Assembly: GCF_030684315.1 (NCBI RefSeq)
Contig: NC_081354.1
Location: 83,341,222 to 83,405,221 of the forward strand
Length of the DNA: 64,000 bases
Reading direction: 5' to 3'
Source of the DNA: Stegostoma tigrinum
Taxonomy: Eukaryota
The notes beneath the pieces were generated by a model. That model was given only the letters and a program-made list of their open reading frames with translations, was not told the origin of the DNA and did not search any database. Of the stretch, positions 52,040-63,625 are shown in pieces (positions within the stretch are counted from its first letter, which is position 1; every line of letters starts with the position of its first letter). A program made the translations under genes and the position numbers.

Positions 52040-54960
52040 TGAGTTAAAGGGGGTCATGAGAAAGGATCTAAGCTCAAAAAAAATCAGAACGTAGAATCAG
52101 TACAGACTATAAGGAATAGCAATGAGCAAAAATCATAGATAGGAGTAGCCTATAATAATTAGCAATAACCATAACTATCAATAATTATAGTGTTGGGTAG
52201 AATGTAAGTCAGTAAATTAATGGAGCATTTAGTGCGAGTAATTCAATTATCCTGAGATGCTTTAATTTTTGAATGAGTTGGGCAAACTAAATTTATGAAA
52301 TTTGCTTGGAGGATGAAATCATGGAATTCATTTGAGCCGTTTTTGAGAAGAAATATTTTGAGGAATCAAGTAGGGAAGAGGCTGTTTTAGATCTAGCAAT
52401 GTGTAATAAGTAGTAGCTAAGGTAAAGGATCCTCTGGGGAAGAGTGATCATGATATAAATTATGTTTTCACAATCACTTTGGTAGTGAGGATGATATGTT
52501 CACATTCAAAACTCGTACCTTCAGTTTAAACCCAAGGGTGGGTTACTGTGTTAGAATGGGAAATTAGATTAAATGATATGACAGTAAATAAGAAGCGACA
52601 AACATTTAAAGCGGGAATCCATAATTCTCAATGAATATTATCTGTTTTCACAGTAGAAGACACAAGGAATATGTTGGATAGTGTTTTGAATCAAGGGTCC
52701 AATGAGAGTGAACAATCTGTATTAATTATTTGTTATAAAGCAAAAGAACTAGAAAGGTTAATGGAACTAAATGCCAACAGGCTCTTTGGATGTGATGACA
52801 TGCAACCTAGTTTTGAAAAGAAATGTTTGCAAAGATAGTGGATGTGATAGATTTGATCTTTCAGAGTTTCCTAGATTCCAAAATGAGCCATGTGGATTGG
52901 AATGTAGCAAATATAACCCATGATTTAGGGAAGGTATGGGAGAGAAAATGGATTCTGGGGTACAGAATTTATATGCATTTGGAAAGGCAAAGACAGATTT
53001 GGGACAGTCAACATGGCTTTGTGCCTGGGAAATCGTATTTTACTAACTTGATTGAGTTTTTTGAAGAAGTAACGAAAAGGAATGATGAAGACAGAGCGGT
53101 AGACGTTGTCTGTATGGACTTGAATAAGGCATTTGACAAGGTTCTACATGGCAGACTGGCTAACACAGTTAGATCACATGGAATACAGGGAGAGCTAGCT
53201 ATTTGGATAGAAAACTGGCTAGAAAGCATGGTGGTGGAGGGTTGCTTTTCGGACTGATGGCTTGTGACCAGCAGTGTGCTGCAGGGATCGGTATTGGGTC
53301 CATTGCTTTTTGTCATTTTATATAAACGATTTGGATGTGAATATAGGAGGTATGGTTAGTAAATTAGCAGATGATACCAAAATTGGAGGTCTAGTGGACA
53401 GCAAAGAAGGTTACATTGGAGTACAATGGGACATTGATCTGATGGGCTGAGGAGTGACAGATGGAGTCTAATCTCGATAAATGTGAGTTGCTACATTCTG
53501 GTAGGGCAAGTCAGGGGAGGGCTTATACGCATAATGGTAAAGTCCTGGGGAGTGTTTCTGAACTAAGAGACTGTGCAATGCAGGTTCATTGCTCAATGAA
53601 AGTGGACAGGTAGACAGGGTAGTGAAGAAGGCTTTTGGTATGTTTGCCTTTATTGGTCCGTGCATTGAATATAGAAGTTGGGAAATCATGTTGCAACTGT
53701 ACAGGACATTGGGTAGGTCACTTTTGGAATACTATGTTCCATTCTGGTCTCCTTGCTATAGGAAAGATGTTGTTAAACTTGATAGGGTTCAGAAAAGATT
53801 TACAAGCATTTTGCCAGTGTTGGAGAGTTTGAGCAAGAGGGAGAGGCTGACTAGGCTGCGGCTATCTTGTCCAGAGCGTTGAAGGCTGAGGGGCGACCTT
53901 ATAGAGGTTCATAAAATCAAGAGAGGCATGGATCGGGTGATTGGTCTTTACCCCCAGGGTAGCGGGGTCACAAATAGCGGGCATAGGTTTAAGGTGAGAG
54001 GCAAAAGATTTAAAAGTGATCTGAGGGGCAACTTTTTCATGGAGAAGTTGGCGCATGTATGGAACGAACTGCCAGAGGATGTAGTGGTGGCTGGTACGAA
54101 TACAACATTTAAAAGACATCTGAATGTGTATATGAATAGGAATAAGAAGGGTTTGGAGGAGTATGGGCCAAATGCTGACAAATGGGACTAGATTAATTTA
54201 GTATATCTGTTAGGCATGGATGAGTTGGACTGAAGAGCCTATTTCTGTGCTGCGCATTTCTATGACTGTATGAACTATAGATAACTTCAGTTTTCAGAAA
54301 ATGGTGGAATGTTATTGAGAATGTGATAACACAACTAGAAGATCAAATCAAATATGATTAAGTGGAGTTTTATTCAAGGGAAATGATGTTTGATAAATCT
54401 TTCTTTGTGTGGATTCAACTAGCATGATGAATGGGAGAAACCAGTAGATGCAGTATATTTGAGTTTCAATAACAAGCATGCACTGCAGTACCATACAACA
54501 GATTGTTGAAAAGAATTAAGGTTAATGGGATTATGGATAATATATTTAGTATGGGTTGAAGGTTAGGAAGCCGCTAATGAGCCATGTTCTCGAATTGCAG
54601 CAGTCTGTGTTGGTAAGCGCATCTGCACTATTAGTAGGAACAACGAGGTGTTATGTGCTCAAATCCTTGAACAACTACAAAGGCAAATATGATGTCAGCC
54701 TTTATTAGAAGGTGTTGCAGTAAAGGAACATGGAATAGTTGCTGCAATTGTATGGAGCTTCAGTAGAACTAGATCCAGCGTAGTTTTGATCTCTTTCCTA
54801 AGAAATGATAATTTGCTTTAGAGAGTTGCAATGAAGGATTGTTTTTTGGGGTGAGAGGAGGCCCTGAGGAGAAAATTACTGGAATGGGTTTCAATTGTCT
54901 TGAGTCTGCAAGAATGTGAGGTAATCTCATTGAAACGTATACATTTTTGATTAAGAATTA
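52040..54960 (+). mobile_element. Composite CR1 cluster (younger copy about 52960-54270 inside an older copy)
   Basis: SQHGFVPGKS..TNLIEFFE, KAFDKV.H, CR1 tail at 54270; older homology resumes afterwards. Confidence 0.82.
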
Positions 54961-55179
54961 ATCATTCTTAACAGTTCCTGATAAGACAAATATTGAGGGG
55001 CTTTTGATCACCTGTTCTTGCATCTTCTGCTTCAGCTCTGTCACTGTTTTTGTAGTGTATTACACCCTTTGCTGTGTTGAAAGTACTATACAAGTGAAAA
55101 TTGCTATTTTTCTCATCAGTGTGTTTTTTGGAACTGCAGTATATTGTGCTTAATTTTTATTCCTGATTTTTCCGTACAG

Positions 55180-55295
55180 GGCCTGGTTCTTGGTGTGTAT
55201 GAAGGAGAAGAAGGGAATGACTTGGTTCAGTTCACAAAGGCAGGGGAAACTTTTGATAATTCCACATCTGGAAGACTTAAAGAACTCCTGACCAT
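55180..55295 (+). CDS. LAP3: LAP3 exon 2 (GLVLGVYEGEEGNDLVQFTKAGETFDNSTSGRLKELLTI)
   Basis: 116 nt, tacag| and |gtatgt; M17 N-domain GLVLG motif. Confidence 0.93.
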
Positions 55296-55439
55296 GTATG
55301 TATTATATTCTAAAAGAATTTGGAGACTACTGGTTACTGAGAGAAATTATGAAGAGATTTATTCATTGTACTTGGATGAAAGTGTTTCCTTCTATTTTGA
55401 GGCACTTTTAATATTTCTCAATATTATATCTCAATAAAT

Positions 55440-56000
55440 ATATATAAATATAAATGAAGATGGTTGTTGTGGAGGTCAGACATCTAGGCTCTCTAACATC
55501 TTTGCGTGTGTTCCTCAATGCAATAACCAGCTTCACCTGCTTCAGAAATGACCTTTGCCTCCATCTTAAGGTCAGAAGTGGGGATGTTTGCCGAAGATTT
55601 CATAATGTTCAGCCCCATTCGCAACTTTTCAGACACCAAAAACAGTCCATGCCCAAATGAAACAAGACCTAGACCTTATCAGTCATGGGCTGACAAGTAA
55701 CAAGAAAGATTCATGTCTCGCATAGTTGCCATCCAATGACCATCTCCAACAAAAAAGAATCGAACTACCACTTCTTCTCATTCGGTGTCATTACCATTGC
55801 TGGATCCCCAACAATTAACATCCTTGGGGTAGCCATTAACCAGAAACTGACCGGGAGACATAGAAATACGGTGGCTACAAGAGTAGATGAGAGACTGGGA
55901 AGCTTACATAAGTAATTTACTTCCTGAATCCCAAAGCCTGTCCTCCATCTACAAGGTGCAAGCCAGAAGTGTGATAGAATACTGTCCAGTTGCTGAGAAA
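55440..56000 (+). mobile_element. Old LINE RT fragment (CR1/L2 group)
   Basis: GMFA.D-like, WADK*Q and ILGV.I motifs; degraded. Confidence 0.55.
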
Positions 56001-56331
56001 TTTGTGGTGATCTTTGGTTGCCCAATCTTTAATTAACGTGGCTGTGTCACTTCACAACCATCGTGGCTTGAGGGTAAACTGGTGATATTTAAATAAGGCT
56101 AGATGATTCGAATTATCGTATACTTCTGCTATTTGGATGGAAAATTAACTCCGTTAATGTCCTACAGTATTTCAGATTTATTGGTTAACATATGCATTTC
56201 AAAACACATAGGCTTCAAATATGAAAAAATACTGCATTTTTATCAATCTGAAATGCAATTAATTAATTGAAAGTATTGTGAGAAAACCATTGTACACATA
56301 ACAAGATTCCTTAAAAACATCAAGATGAATG

Positions 56332-56639
56332 CTATGACGTGGAGGTTCTGGTGTTCGACTGGGGAGGACAAAGTCAGAAGTCATATGACATCAGGTTTTA
56401 GCCCAATAGGCTTATTTGAAATCACGATCTTTTGGAGTGCTGCTCCTTCGCCAGATGAAGTGGAGGGAGGTGCGCAGGCACAGAATTTACAGGTGGAGAG
56501 ATGATTGCAAGATAATTCCATAAATTCTGTGCCTGTGCACTTCCCTCCACTTGATCTGGCAAAGGAGCAGCACTCCGAAAGTTCGTGATTTCAAATAAAT
56601 CTGTTGGACTATAACCTGGTGTCGTGTGATTTCCAACTT
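56332..56639. mobile_element. Palindromic mini-PLE, family C
   Basis: Near-TSD CATCA(A/G)GATGAATG at 56318-56331 and 56640-56653; about 115-bp inverted arms with decayed core CTGGC(G/A)A-A-GGAG-CAGCA-CTCC-GAAA. Confidence 0.8.
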
Positions 56640-57768
56640 CATCAGGATGAATGGAGGGTTAATTTGGCCATTCATCTCATTTTGAGGTACTTATGGAAGA
56701 CTAAAGCTATTGTATTTGACCCTTGCAGCAAAATCTCAACACCTTGGATCAGACAGTTTGTAATGAGAGTTCTTTGCCCTGAGGAGAGTTTCTGATTCTT
56801 TATTTGCTTAATTGCAAGAACTCCCTACTTCCAGTTATGTAAAGTGGCACATTTTTACCCGGACCTCAACCTATTTTAATCCTGGTACCCTAGATTTTAA
56901 TGATCTCATGTTCTGTATAAATGCAAGCTTGTTGTAATATGTTTTGAATGTTTCAAAGTACAAATATTAGCTAGCGTGCTGGTGGAGTGTGTGGGGGAAT
57001 GTTGTCTAGCTTCTCTCTGAATATTCTCAAGACATTCAATGGTTATAGGTTGGCAAGACCTGTTTAACTTTCCCTTCAAAAAGCAGTATGTCTGGCAATT
57101 CAGTAGCCCTTGAACTCTGGATTGGAGTTTTGGAAGGCTTAAGGCAGGAATCTGCGGTTGAGATTCAATTCCTATTGTCTAAAATGAACCAAGGTGAAAA
57201 ATGCAATGTATTAGTGTTTACCAACTTGTGATATTCTGTTCAAAATTACCTTTTCCAGAAACTAACAAAAAACGTTCGTCAGTTAAAAGAGTGAAAAAGA
57301 AGTGTGCTGTAAGGTGTTGTTGCCGTAAGTAGGGAGATAATCAAGTTGGCAGTTGACGTATTTAAGCTCTCTACCATTAGTTTCTGGTATTAATGCTTTC
57401 TTCAGAACCTAGTGCAACTTTTAACCAGATAATATCAAAACTAACATGGGAAAATCCCAAGGTGTTTCATGGAAATGATGGGACACTGAACAGAGTGAAA
57501 ATAAAGAATAGGCTAAGGTGGCCAAAAATAAGATTGAAGAAGTGGACTTTGCAAAGGCTTTTGAGGGTGAAGAATGTGAAGGTGAATTAGGTTTAGGATT
57601 CAATGGGTGGTAGGCAGGAGAATCGATAGTAGGCTAGTGAGTGGTAGGCCTACTGTGGCCAGTTGATAATTCAGCAATATGGTAGTGCAAGGATTTGGAG
57701 GGATTAAGGAGAGCAAACATCCTTTTTTGTGCTCTAGTTTTATTGGATGATTTTACTTTTTTTTAAAG

Positions 57769-57823
57769 ATCTGGACCTGTGCTTAAGAAAGGCCGAAGTC
57801 GCATATTTTATGGGCTACATCAG
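57769..57823 (+). CDS. LAP3: LAP3 exon 3 (SGPVLKKGRSRIFYGLHQ)
   Basis: 55 nt, polypyrimidine-aaag| and CAG|gtatat. Confidence 0.93.
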
Positions 57824-58641
57824 GTATATTTTATGGATTCAAAATATTTGAAACTTTATTCAAGTAAATGTGGGAATGTTAATTTTATTGATGTTTCACT
57901 GATAACATGTTTTCTAGCTCACTTTTAAAATGATTATCGATTTATAATTCTAATGCGGAATTGTCAGAATTTCAAATTCTCTAGCTGCATTTGATTGTAT
58001 CGAAAATTTGCTGGGTTCATTGATTATTGTAAGAGTAAAATACATCCAGAACCCAGTCGATAATATTATTCAATAATTAACAAATTACCAAAAATCTAGA
58101 AATTGTGTAACTTTAAACATGGTAATTATAGTTCTGCAGTCTGAAAACTGGTATGGATTAAATACTGGCCAAAACTGAACTAATAACTACAGAGGAATTA
58201 GTTTACCCTTGGGATGCATTGTCCTTGGTAAAATTTGTGTTTGCTTCAGTAAACCTTGTTAATGTTGGAAAAGAAAGTAGTTATGCATTTGCAGAGTTCC
58301 ATACCACATTCCCACTAATTAATCTGGAATTGGCATTTGGTGATACAGTACATAAGTAGATGGCGCATTTTGTCAAAGCTTTTCTTGCGCTTACAAGAAC
58401 AATTCACAAGAATGCCAATTGAAGTGAAAAATCCAATATATTGAATGAAGAGAATGTGATTGGTTATCAAGTGGACCCTCTTGGTATAGGTGTTAATGAT
58501 GACTTATAGTTAATAACCAGGCTTTATTTAATTTTTAAATCAGGCATGTTTACCGAGATCTCAGGGCAATACCTTGACCAACAAACAAATGAATGGCTGT
58601 CATCTGTTATGTTATGTTGAAACAGGGATAGTGTGGATAAA

Positions 58642-58838
58642 ATAGTATCAGAGATAATGGGAACTGCAGATGCTGGAGAATTCCAAGATAATAAAATGTG
58701 AGGCTGGATGAACACAGCAGGCCAAGCAGCATCTCAGGAGCATCTCTGATGAAGGGTCTAGGCCCGAAACGTCAGCTTTTGTGCTCCTGAGATGCTGCTT
58801 GGCCTGCTGTGTTCATCCAGCCTCACATTTTATTATCT
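58642..58838. mobile_element. Palindromic mini-PLE, family A (young)
   Basis: TSD TAGTGTGGATAAA at 58629-58641 and 58839-58851; perfect 58-bp arms. Confidence 0.92.
58746..58775 (+). ncRNA. Minimal hammerhead ribozyme core in LAP3 intron 3
   Basis: CTGATGAAGGGTCTAGGCCCGAAACGTCAG in the loop of a 58-bp inverted repeat. Confidence 0.72.
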
Positions 58839-59473
58839 TAGTGTGGATAAATGTTCTTTCTCTCTATAAAGAGCAGAACCCTCTGCATTATGTCAATTCT
58901 GGTGCACCACACTTCAAACCTAACTGACAGTCCTAAATTGGTTGTCACTGTAATTCTTCGGGCACTCAGAATTATTCATAAAATGGTATCCAACTGCAGA
59001 GTCATGTCTGATATTGGACACTTGCAAATTTTGCAAGCACAGTCTGGTTGGGTCCAGGGCAATACTTTACTCGTTTCAAACAGCTGAAACAATATGAGGA
59101 TCAAATTGAACATCATATCCCTTTTGCTGTTTGCAAATAAGCAACAAATATTAAAACAATTATGGCCCCTCAGATTTGTGGGCTTGTGTGTATTGGAATA
59201 TATCTGTCTTAATACAGAAGGATTTGCAGGCAGAAAGAACATGTACATAAATGTTTCTGTTTGAACTCAACAAAATAGGTGGCAGCCATTTAGTTCTCGG
59301 TAGAGCCTTGAATGTCTTATATAACCTGCTTTGTTCTTGATGGCAGTGTCTCTAATAGAAGTCAACCAATCACTATCCTGTATTCATACAGTATTAATGT
59401 TGACCTTCCTTTTAAATTGGTATTCATATGAATTGTCCTGAATTCAAAATAAAAAGAGTTGACAAAATCTCTT

Positions 59474-59556
59474 GAGATAACAAAGTGTAGAGCTGGATGA
59501 ACACAGCAGGCCAAGCAGCATCAGAGGAACGGGAAGGCTGACGTTTTGGGTATCTC
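59474..59556 (-). mobile_element. Mini-PLE, family A, second arm reduced to TATCTC
   Basis: TSD TGACAAAATCTCTT at 59460-59473 and 59557-59570. Confidence 0.85.
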
Positions 59557-59869
59557 TGACAAAATCTCTTTTTTGGCAATAGTTTGGAATTTAAAGTTAT
59601 TTTCAGTAATAGTGATCAGGAAACTCTCTTCAATTATCATTAAAACCCATTTAGTTTCTATTCCCTTTAAGGAAGAAAAGTTGCCATTCTAAACTAGCTT
59701 GCTCTAAATTTGACTATCACAATGAAATGGCATTGCAGGCCACTCAGTTGCAAGCATGCCAAATGCTGACCTCGACTGCAATGCCTCCTTCTCACAAAAG
59801 AAAAAGTTTACAAACACTTTGAGACTTAACTTTCAGCTTGCACCCTTTGCTCCTTCATCTACTTTGCTG

Positions 59870-60210
59870 GTTCGATAATGTGGAGCTGGAGGAACACAGC
59901 AGGCCAGAGGAAAGAGTGGGACAAATAGGTGGGGAAGAAGATGGACAGATGAACTTGTCCATCTTCTGCCCCAACCTTCCTACTGATCAATCCCCCTGCC
60001 CCTACCTGTATCCACCTAACACCATCCCACCTAACTACCCCCAGCCCCACCACTCTTGCCTGTATTTATTTCCCAGATGCCTGGCCACTCCCCAGTCCTT
60101 ATGTAGGGCCTAGGCCCAAAATGTCGACTTTCCTAGTCCTCTGATGCCGCCCAACCTGTGGTGTTCCTCCAGCTCCACATTGTATCATCTCTGACTCCAG
60201 CATCTTGCTT
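59870..60210. mobile_element. PLE 3' end with short inverted arm (older A-like subfamily)
   Basis: Duplicated TCTACTTTGCTG at 59858-59869 and 60211-60222; C-rich tract and decayed core. Confidence 0.75.
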
Positions 60211-60299
60211 TCTACTTTGCTGATTATCTGATTTCATTTTTTATAAATTTAACCACAGCGAGAATCAGCTGCAGTGGCTTCTCTTCCAGCTCCTGCACT

Positions 60300-61185
60300 G
60301 TTGTCTCTGGTGACCCCAAAGAATATATCTTTTTAGTCCCCTCCTATTATTGATCTATATGTTTGCCACTCAAAGACATGATCCATAATAAAAGTTTTCA
60401 TACGCAGCCTGACTACATCCAAACTCTACCTCTCTCAACATTTCCATTACCTATAAATTATTAGGTTGTTTGCTAAAATCTAAATTATTTAAATATTGAG
60501 TGGACCAAAGCCATTTTGTTTAGTCTCCACTGAAAATACTTTTCCATAGTTATGGGCCCCACTAATGTCTTTGGCAGCTGATCGAAATGGAAGTCAAATA
60601 TTGTAATGTTCGTCTCATATTTAACCAGGGACTAACTTGCAACCACAGATTTGCACTATCACTAATAATAAATACTGCCTAAATAACACTTACCCTTGTG
60701 CAGCTTATCTACTGCCATAGTGAACCAACACACCTGACTTCTAAATGCCCACCTAGCTGGTCTCTGTTGTTACATCCAAAATCCAAAAATGTATGCCTGT
60801 GTACTGATATGCATTAAATTTGGTTCACCCTCTATCCCTTTGCTCACATTCCTGTATTGGCTATTAGTTAAAAATGCCTCAATTTAAAAATTCTCATTCT
60901 TTTTTTCCAAGATGTGACCTCACCTTTCACTGTCACCAAATAGCTCCTGCATTGCCATGCCTTCAGTTGTCTAGTTCTTTAGCTCCAAAATTCCCTTCTT
61001 AAGCCTCTCACCTTTTTGCCCTCTTTTTGTCCTTTAAGATTCTCCTTAAAGAAAACCTCTTTGATTAAGCTTTTATTCATTTGCCCTGACACTAAATTAA
61101 CTCAACATTAAATTTTGTTTTTTTAGCACCGTTGGAAACTGTCATGGTGTGCATGTTGTATTAAAGGTTCTAAATAATCACAAGT
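60300..61185 (+). mobile_element. Old L2-like LINE 3' fragment
   Basis: Decayed ITP.L..L.WL-type region and L2-like tail (AAAACCTCTTTGA..AAGCTTTT...TTAAAGG..CTA.ATAA). Confidence 0.5.
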
Positions 61186-61189
61186 TATC

Positions 61190-61392
61190 ATAGAACATAG
61201 AACAGTACAGCACAGTACAGGCCCTTCAGCCCACAATGTTGTGCCGAACTTTTACCCTAAACCTAAGGTCTATCTAACCTCCACCCCACCTTATACTATC
61301 ATCCATATGCCTATCTCATTGCCGCTATAATGCCCCTAATGAGGCTGACACCACTACTCTCTCCGGCAAAGCATTCCATGTCCCAACCACTC
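61190..61392 (-). mobile_element. CR1 3' tail fragment
   Basis: CATAGAACATAGAACAGTACAGCACAGTACAGGCCC is the reverse complement of the CR1 terminus. Confidence 0.8.
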
Positions 61393-61602
61393 AATTCTAG
61401 TTATTTTCCCTGTTGCCTTCAACCACCTTCAAAACTCTGCACCCATGAATCCACTTAATTTTCTGCTGTGGCTACTTCACTTGGTTTCAAAAGATTTTGG
61501 AAACCTACCTCACCAACCATTTCTCGGAACCAAATGTTTGTCACAGCAATCCCATTTCAGTTCAGTTTATGGTGCATATCAACCAGGCCACTAGATGTCG
61601 CT

Positions 61603-61732
61603 AATAGGAACTGCAGATGCTAGAGAATCCACGATAACAAGGTGTAGAGCTGGATGAACACAGCAGATCAAGCAGCATCTTAGGAGCAGAAAAGCTGACA
61701 TTTCAGGCCTAGACCCTTCATCTGACCCTTCA
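61603..61732 (-). mobile_element. PLE pseudo-LTR fragment
   Basis: Family A tail plus arm; duplicated GACCCTTCAT at its end. Confidence 0.75.
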
Positions 61733-62119
61733 TTGTATTGCACTGCTTCTATCTGAGAACAACACCTACAGAATGGACTTCATGGCTGATTAATTGTCAA
61801 ATTCTATGTTAGTAAAACATAACCGTGCAACAATTCAATCTAGACTGATTTATTCTCTCAGGTTACTAGAGAAGGTTGTGGCATGATAACAAGGGCGCAG
61901 AATGTGATTAGTTGCTACTTAAAAATAAATGAAGCTCCGTTAGTATTGCCGAAGAAAAGAGACCCATTATCTCTCCCCACCACCCTCATCCCAACCTGCC
62001 CTAAATACTCCATCACTTACCTTGCTACTTTATGCCCTGGCACCTTACCCCTATCCACTTTGCACATAGTGGACATTAGTTTCTACTGTATTTTCCATTC
62101 CAACACCAGAATTAGTCAG

Positions 62120-62235
62120 AGTTAACCTGCCAACCAGTCAGTACTATTTCTTTATACAGTATAAATTGTTGTTCCCTTTGAAACTTGGCATTAACCTGAT
62201 GAGTGCTAATTGAAAGGCTTTGACAGATGTCTGTT
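62120..62235 (+). mobile_element. Old PLE-like pseudo-LTR, family E (related copies at about 58370-58490 minus and 59360-59465 plus)
   Basis: Shared CCAATCA...CAGTAT...TTGGCATT...CCTGATGAGTGC...GAAA.GCTTTGACA pattern across three loci. Confidence 0.45.
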
Positions 62236-62353
62236 TTATCAGCAGTACACATGTTCTTACCAAGAAATGGCTTGTACTAGGATGTTGTTATATGAATTTT
62301 AACACAATTATGAAATTGTTCTTATTCACAAAAAGGATGTTTTACTTTAATAG

Positions 62354-62459
62354 GATTTCCCTCATGTTGTAGTTGTTGGTCTTGGTGACAAAGGTATTGG
62401 AATAAGTAACTTGGAACAATGTGATGAAAGCAAAGAAAATATTCGAGCTGCAGTAGCAG
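62354..62459 (+). CDS. LAP3: LAP3 exon 4 (DFPHVVVVGLGDKGIGISNLEQCDESKENIRAAVA)
   Basis: 106 nt, AG/GT boundaries, VGLG and ENIRAAVA motifs. Confidence 0.94.
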
Positions 62460-63465
62460 GTAGAGAATGCTTCTGGTTAATTTGTAAGTGATGATTATTA
62501 ACATCAGCTGCAAATGTCATGAGATCAAGTAAAGTGATTGTTTGAAGCTTGGTAATATGTTTAAACTGATAAAAAGGACCTAATAGAGAGAAGAAGCATG
62601 ATCATATACTGGATTATTATTATCATTCCTTGCAGAGTTATAACCTTTTACCAAGACAAGAAATGGATAGAGGTATGAGGCTTGTTTAGAGTAGGTTTCT
62701 TGCCTTTAATTGAAAGTTGCTGCGGTTAAAATTAATCTAACATTATGAGACACAAATAATTAAAATGTTAAAATTGACATTGAAAAATGTCATTTTTTTA
62801 GATTTTATTCTTGAAAAGTATTTGGACAGCCCACTTAAAAACAAGACTTTCCATTCTTAAACTGGGCAGGTGACGACTTGAACATTTTAAGAGATTTGAA
62901 GGTTTCAGTTATTAGGCTATATTCAACTCAGTTTTAAACAAAATCTGTCTATGAGCAAAAGCATTCAATAGATATCAAAAAAACGTTTTTCCTCATAACA
63001 AGCTACCTACTTATGGCATTGACCAGGGCAAAAACCAAAGAATTTTTTTCCAGAAACAATGTAATGATGCAATGGGGCATTCCTTGTTTGTTTCTCAATG
63101 GCTGAATTTAGATGGGCTAACTAGATTCCTTATTTGTAACCTATATGATGAAATACACATTGTTAACACAAAATTGGAAGATAGCTTGGCTATATCAACA
63201 TCACAATTCCTATACAAAACACTTAATTGATAAGTAAAGCAATTCAAGAGTCTAAAATTATTTTATGAAGTCAAATACTCTCATAAAATTCTGCATGAAT
63301 TTTTAGTTCAATGAAGATATAATTTTCAAACCTGATGTGTGGAATTTGACTTATAGTGAATAACAGTTCGACCAATATTGTTGACCATTTTATGGAACTG
63401 TTGTGTGAAGGAAAACACATACGTACAGTGTTTTAATGAAAATTTAGTGTCTGAATTTCTTGTAG

Positions 63466-63625
63466 TTGGTTGCAGGCAGCTTCAAGACCTCGAAGTTCCT
63501 CTGGTTGAAGTTGATCCATGTGGGGATGCTCAGTGTGCAGCAGAAGGAGCTGTTTTGGGTTTGTTTGAGTATAATGAGCTGAAGAATAAAAAGAAGACTG
63601 TGGTCACTGTGAAACCATATGGAAG
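63466..63625 (+). CDS. LAP3: LAP3 exon 5 (VGCRQLQDLEVPLVEVDPCGDAQCAAEGAVLGLFEYNELKNKKK...); gene continues beyond the window
   Basis: 160 nt, tgtag| and |gtatcc; AAEGAVLG motif. Confidence 0.94.

Noticed and set aside
7640-61732. Recurring near-identical 30-60 bp sequences as a possible CRISPR array or DNA-transposon MITE family
   Set aside because: Copies are dispersed, not arrayed with spacers; the context is eukaryotic; the sequence matches PLE pseudo-LTRs and TSDs are long and variable.
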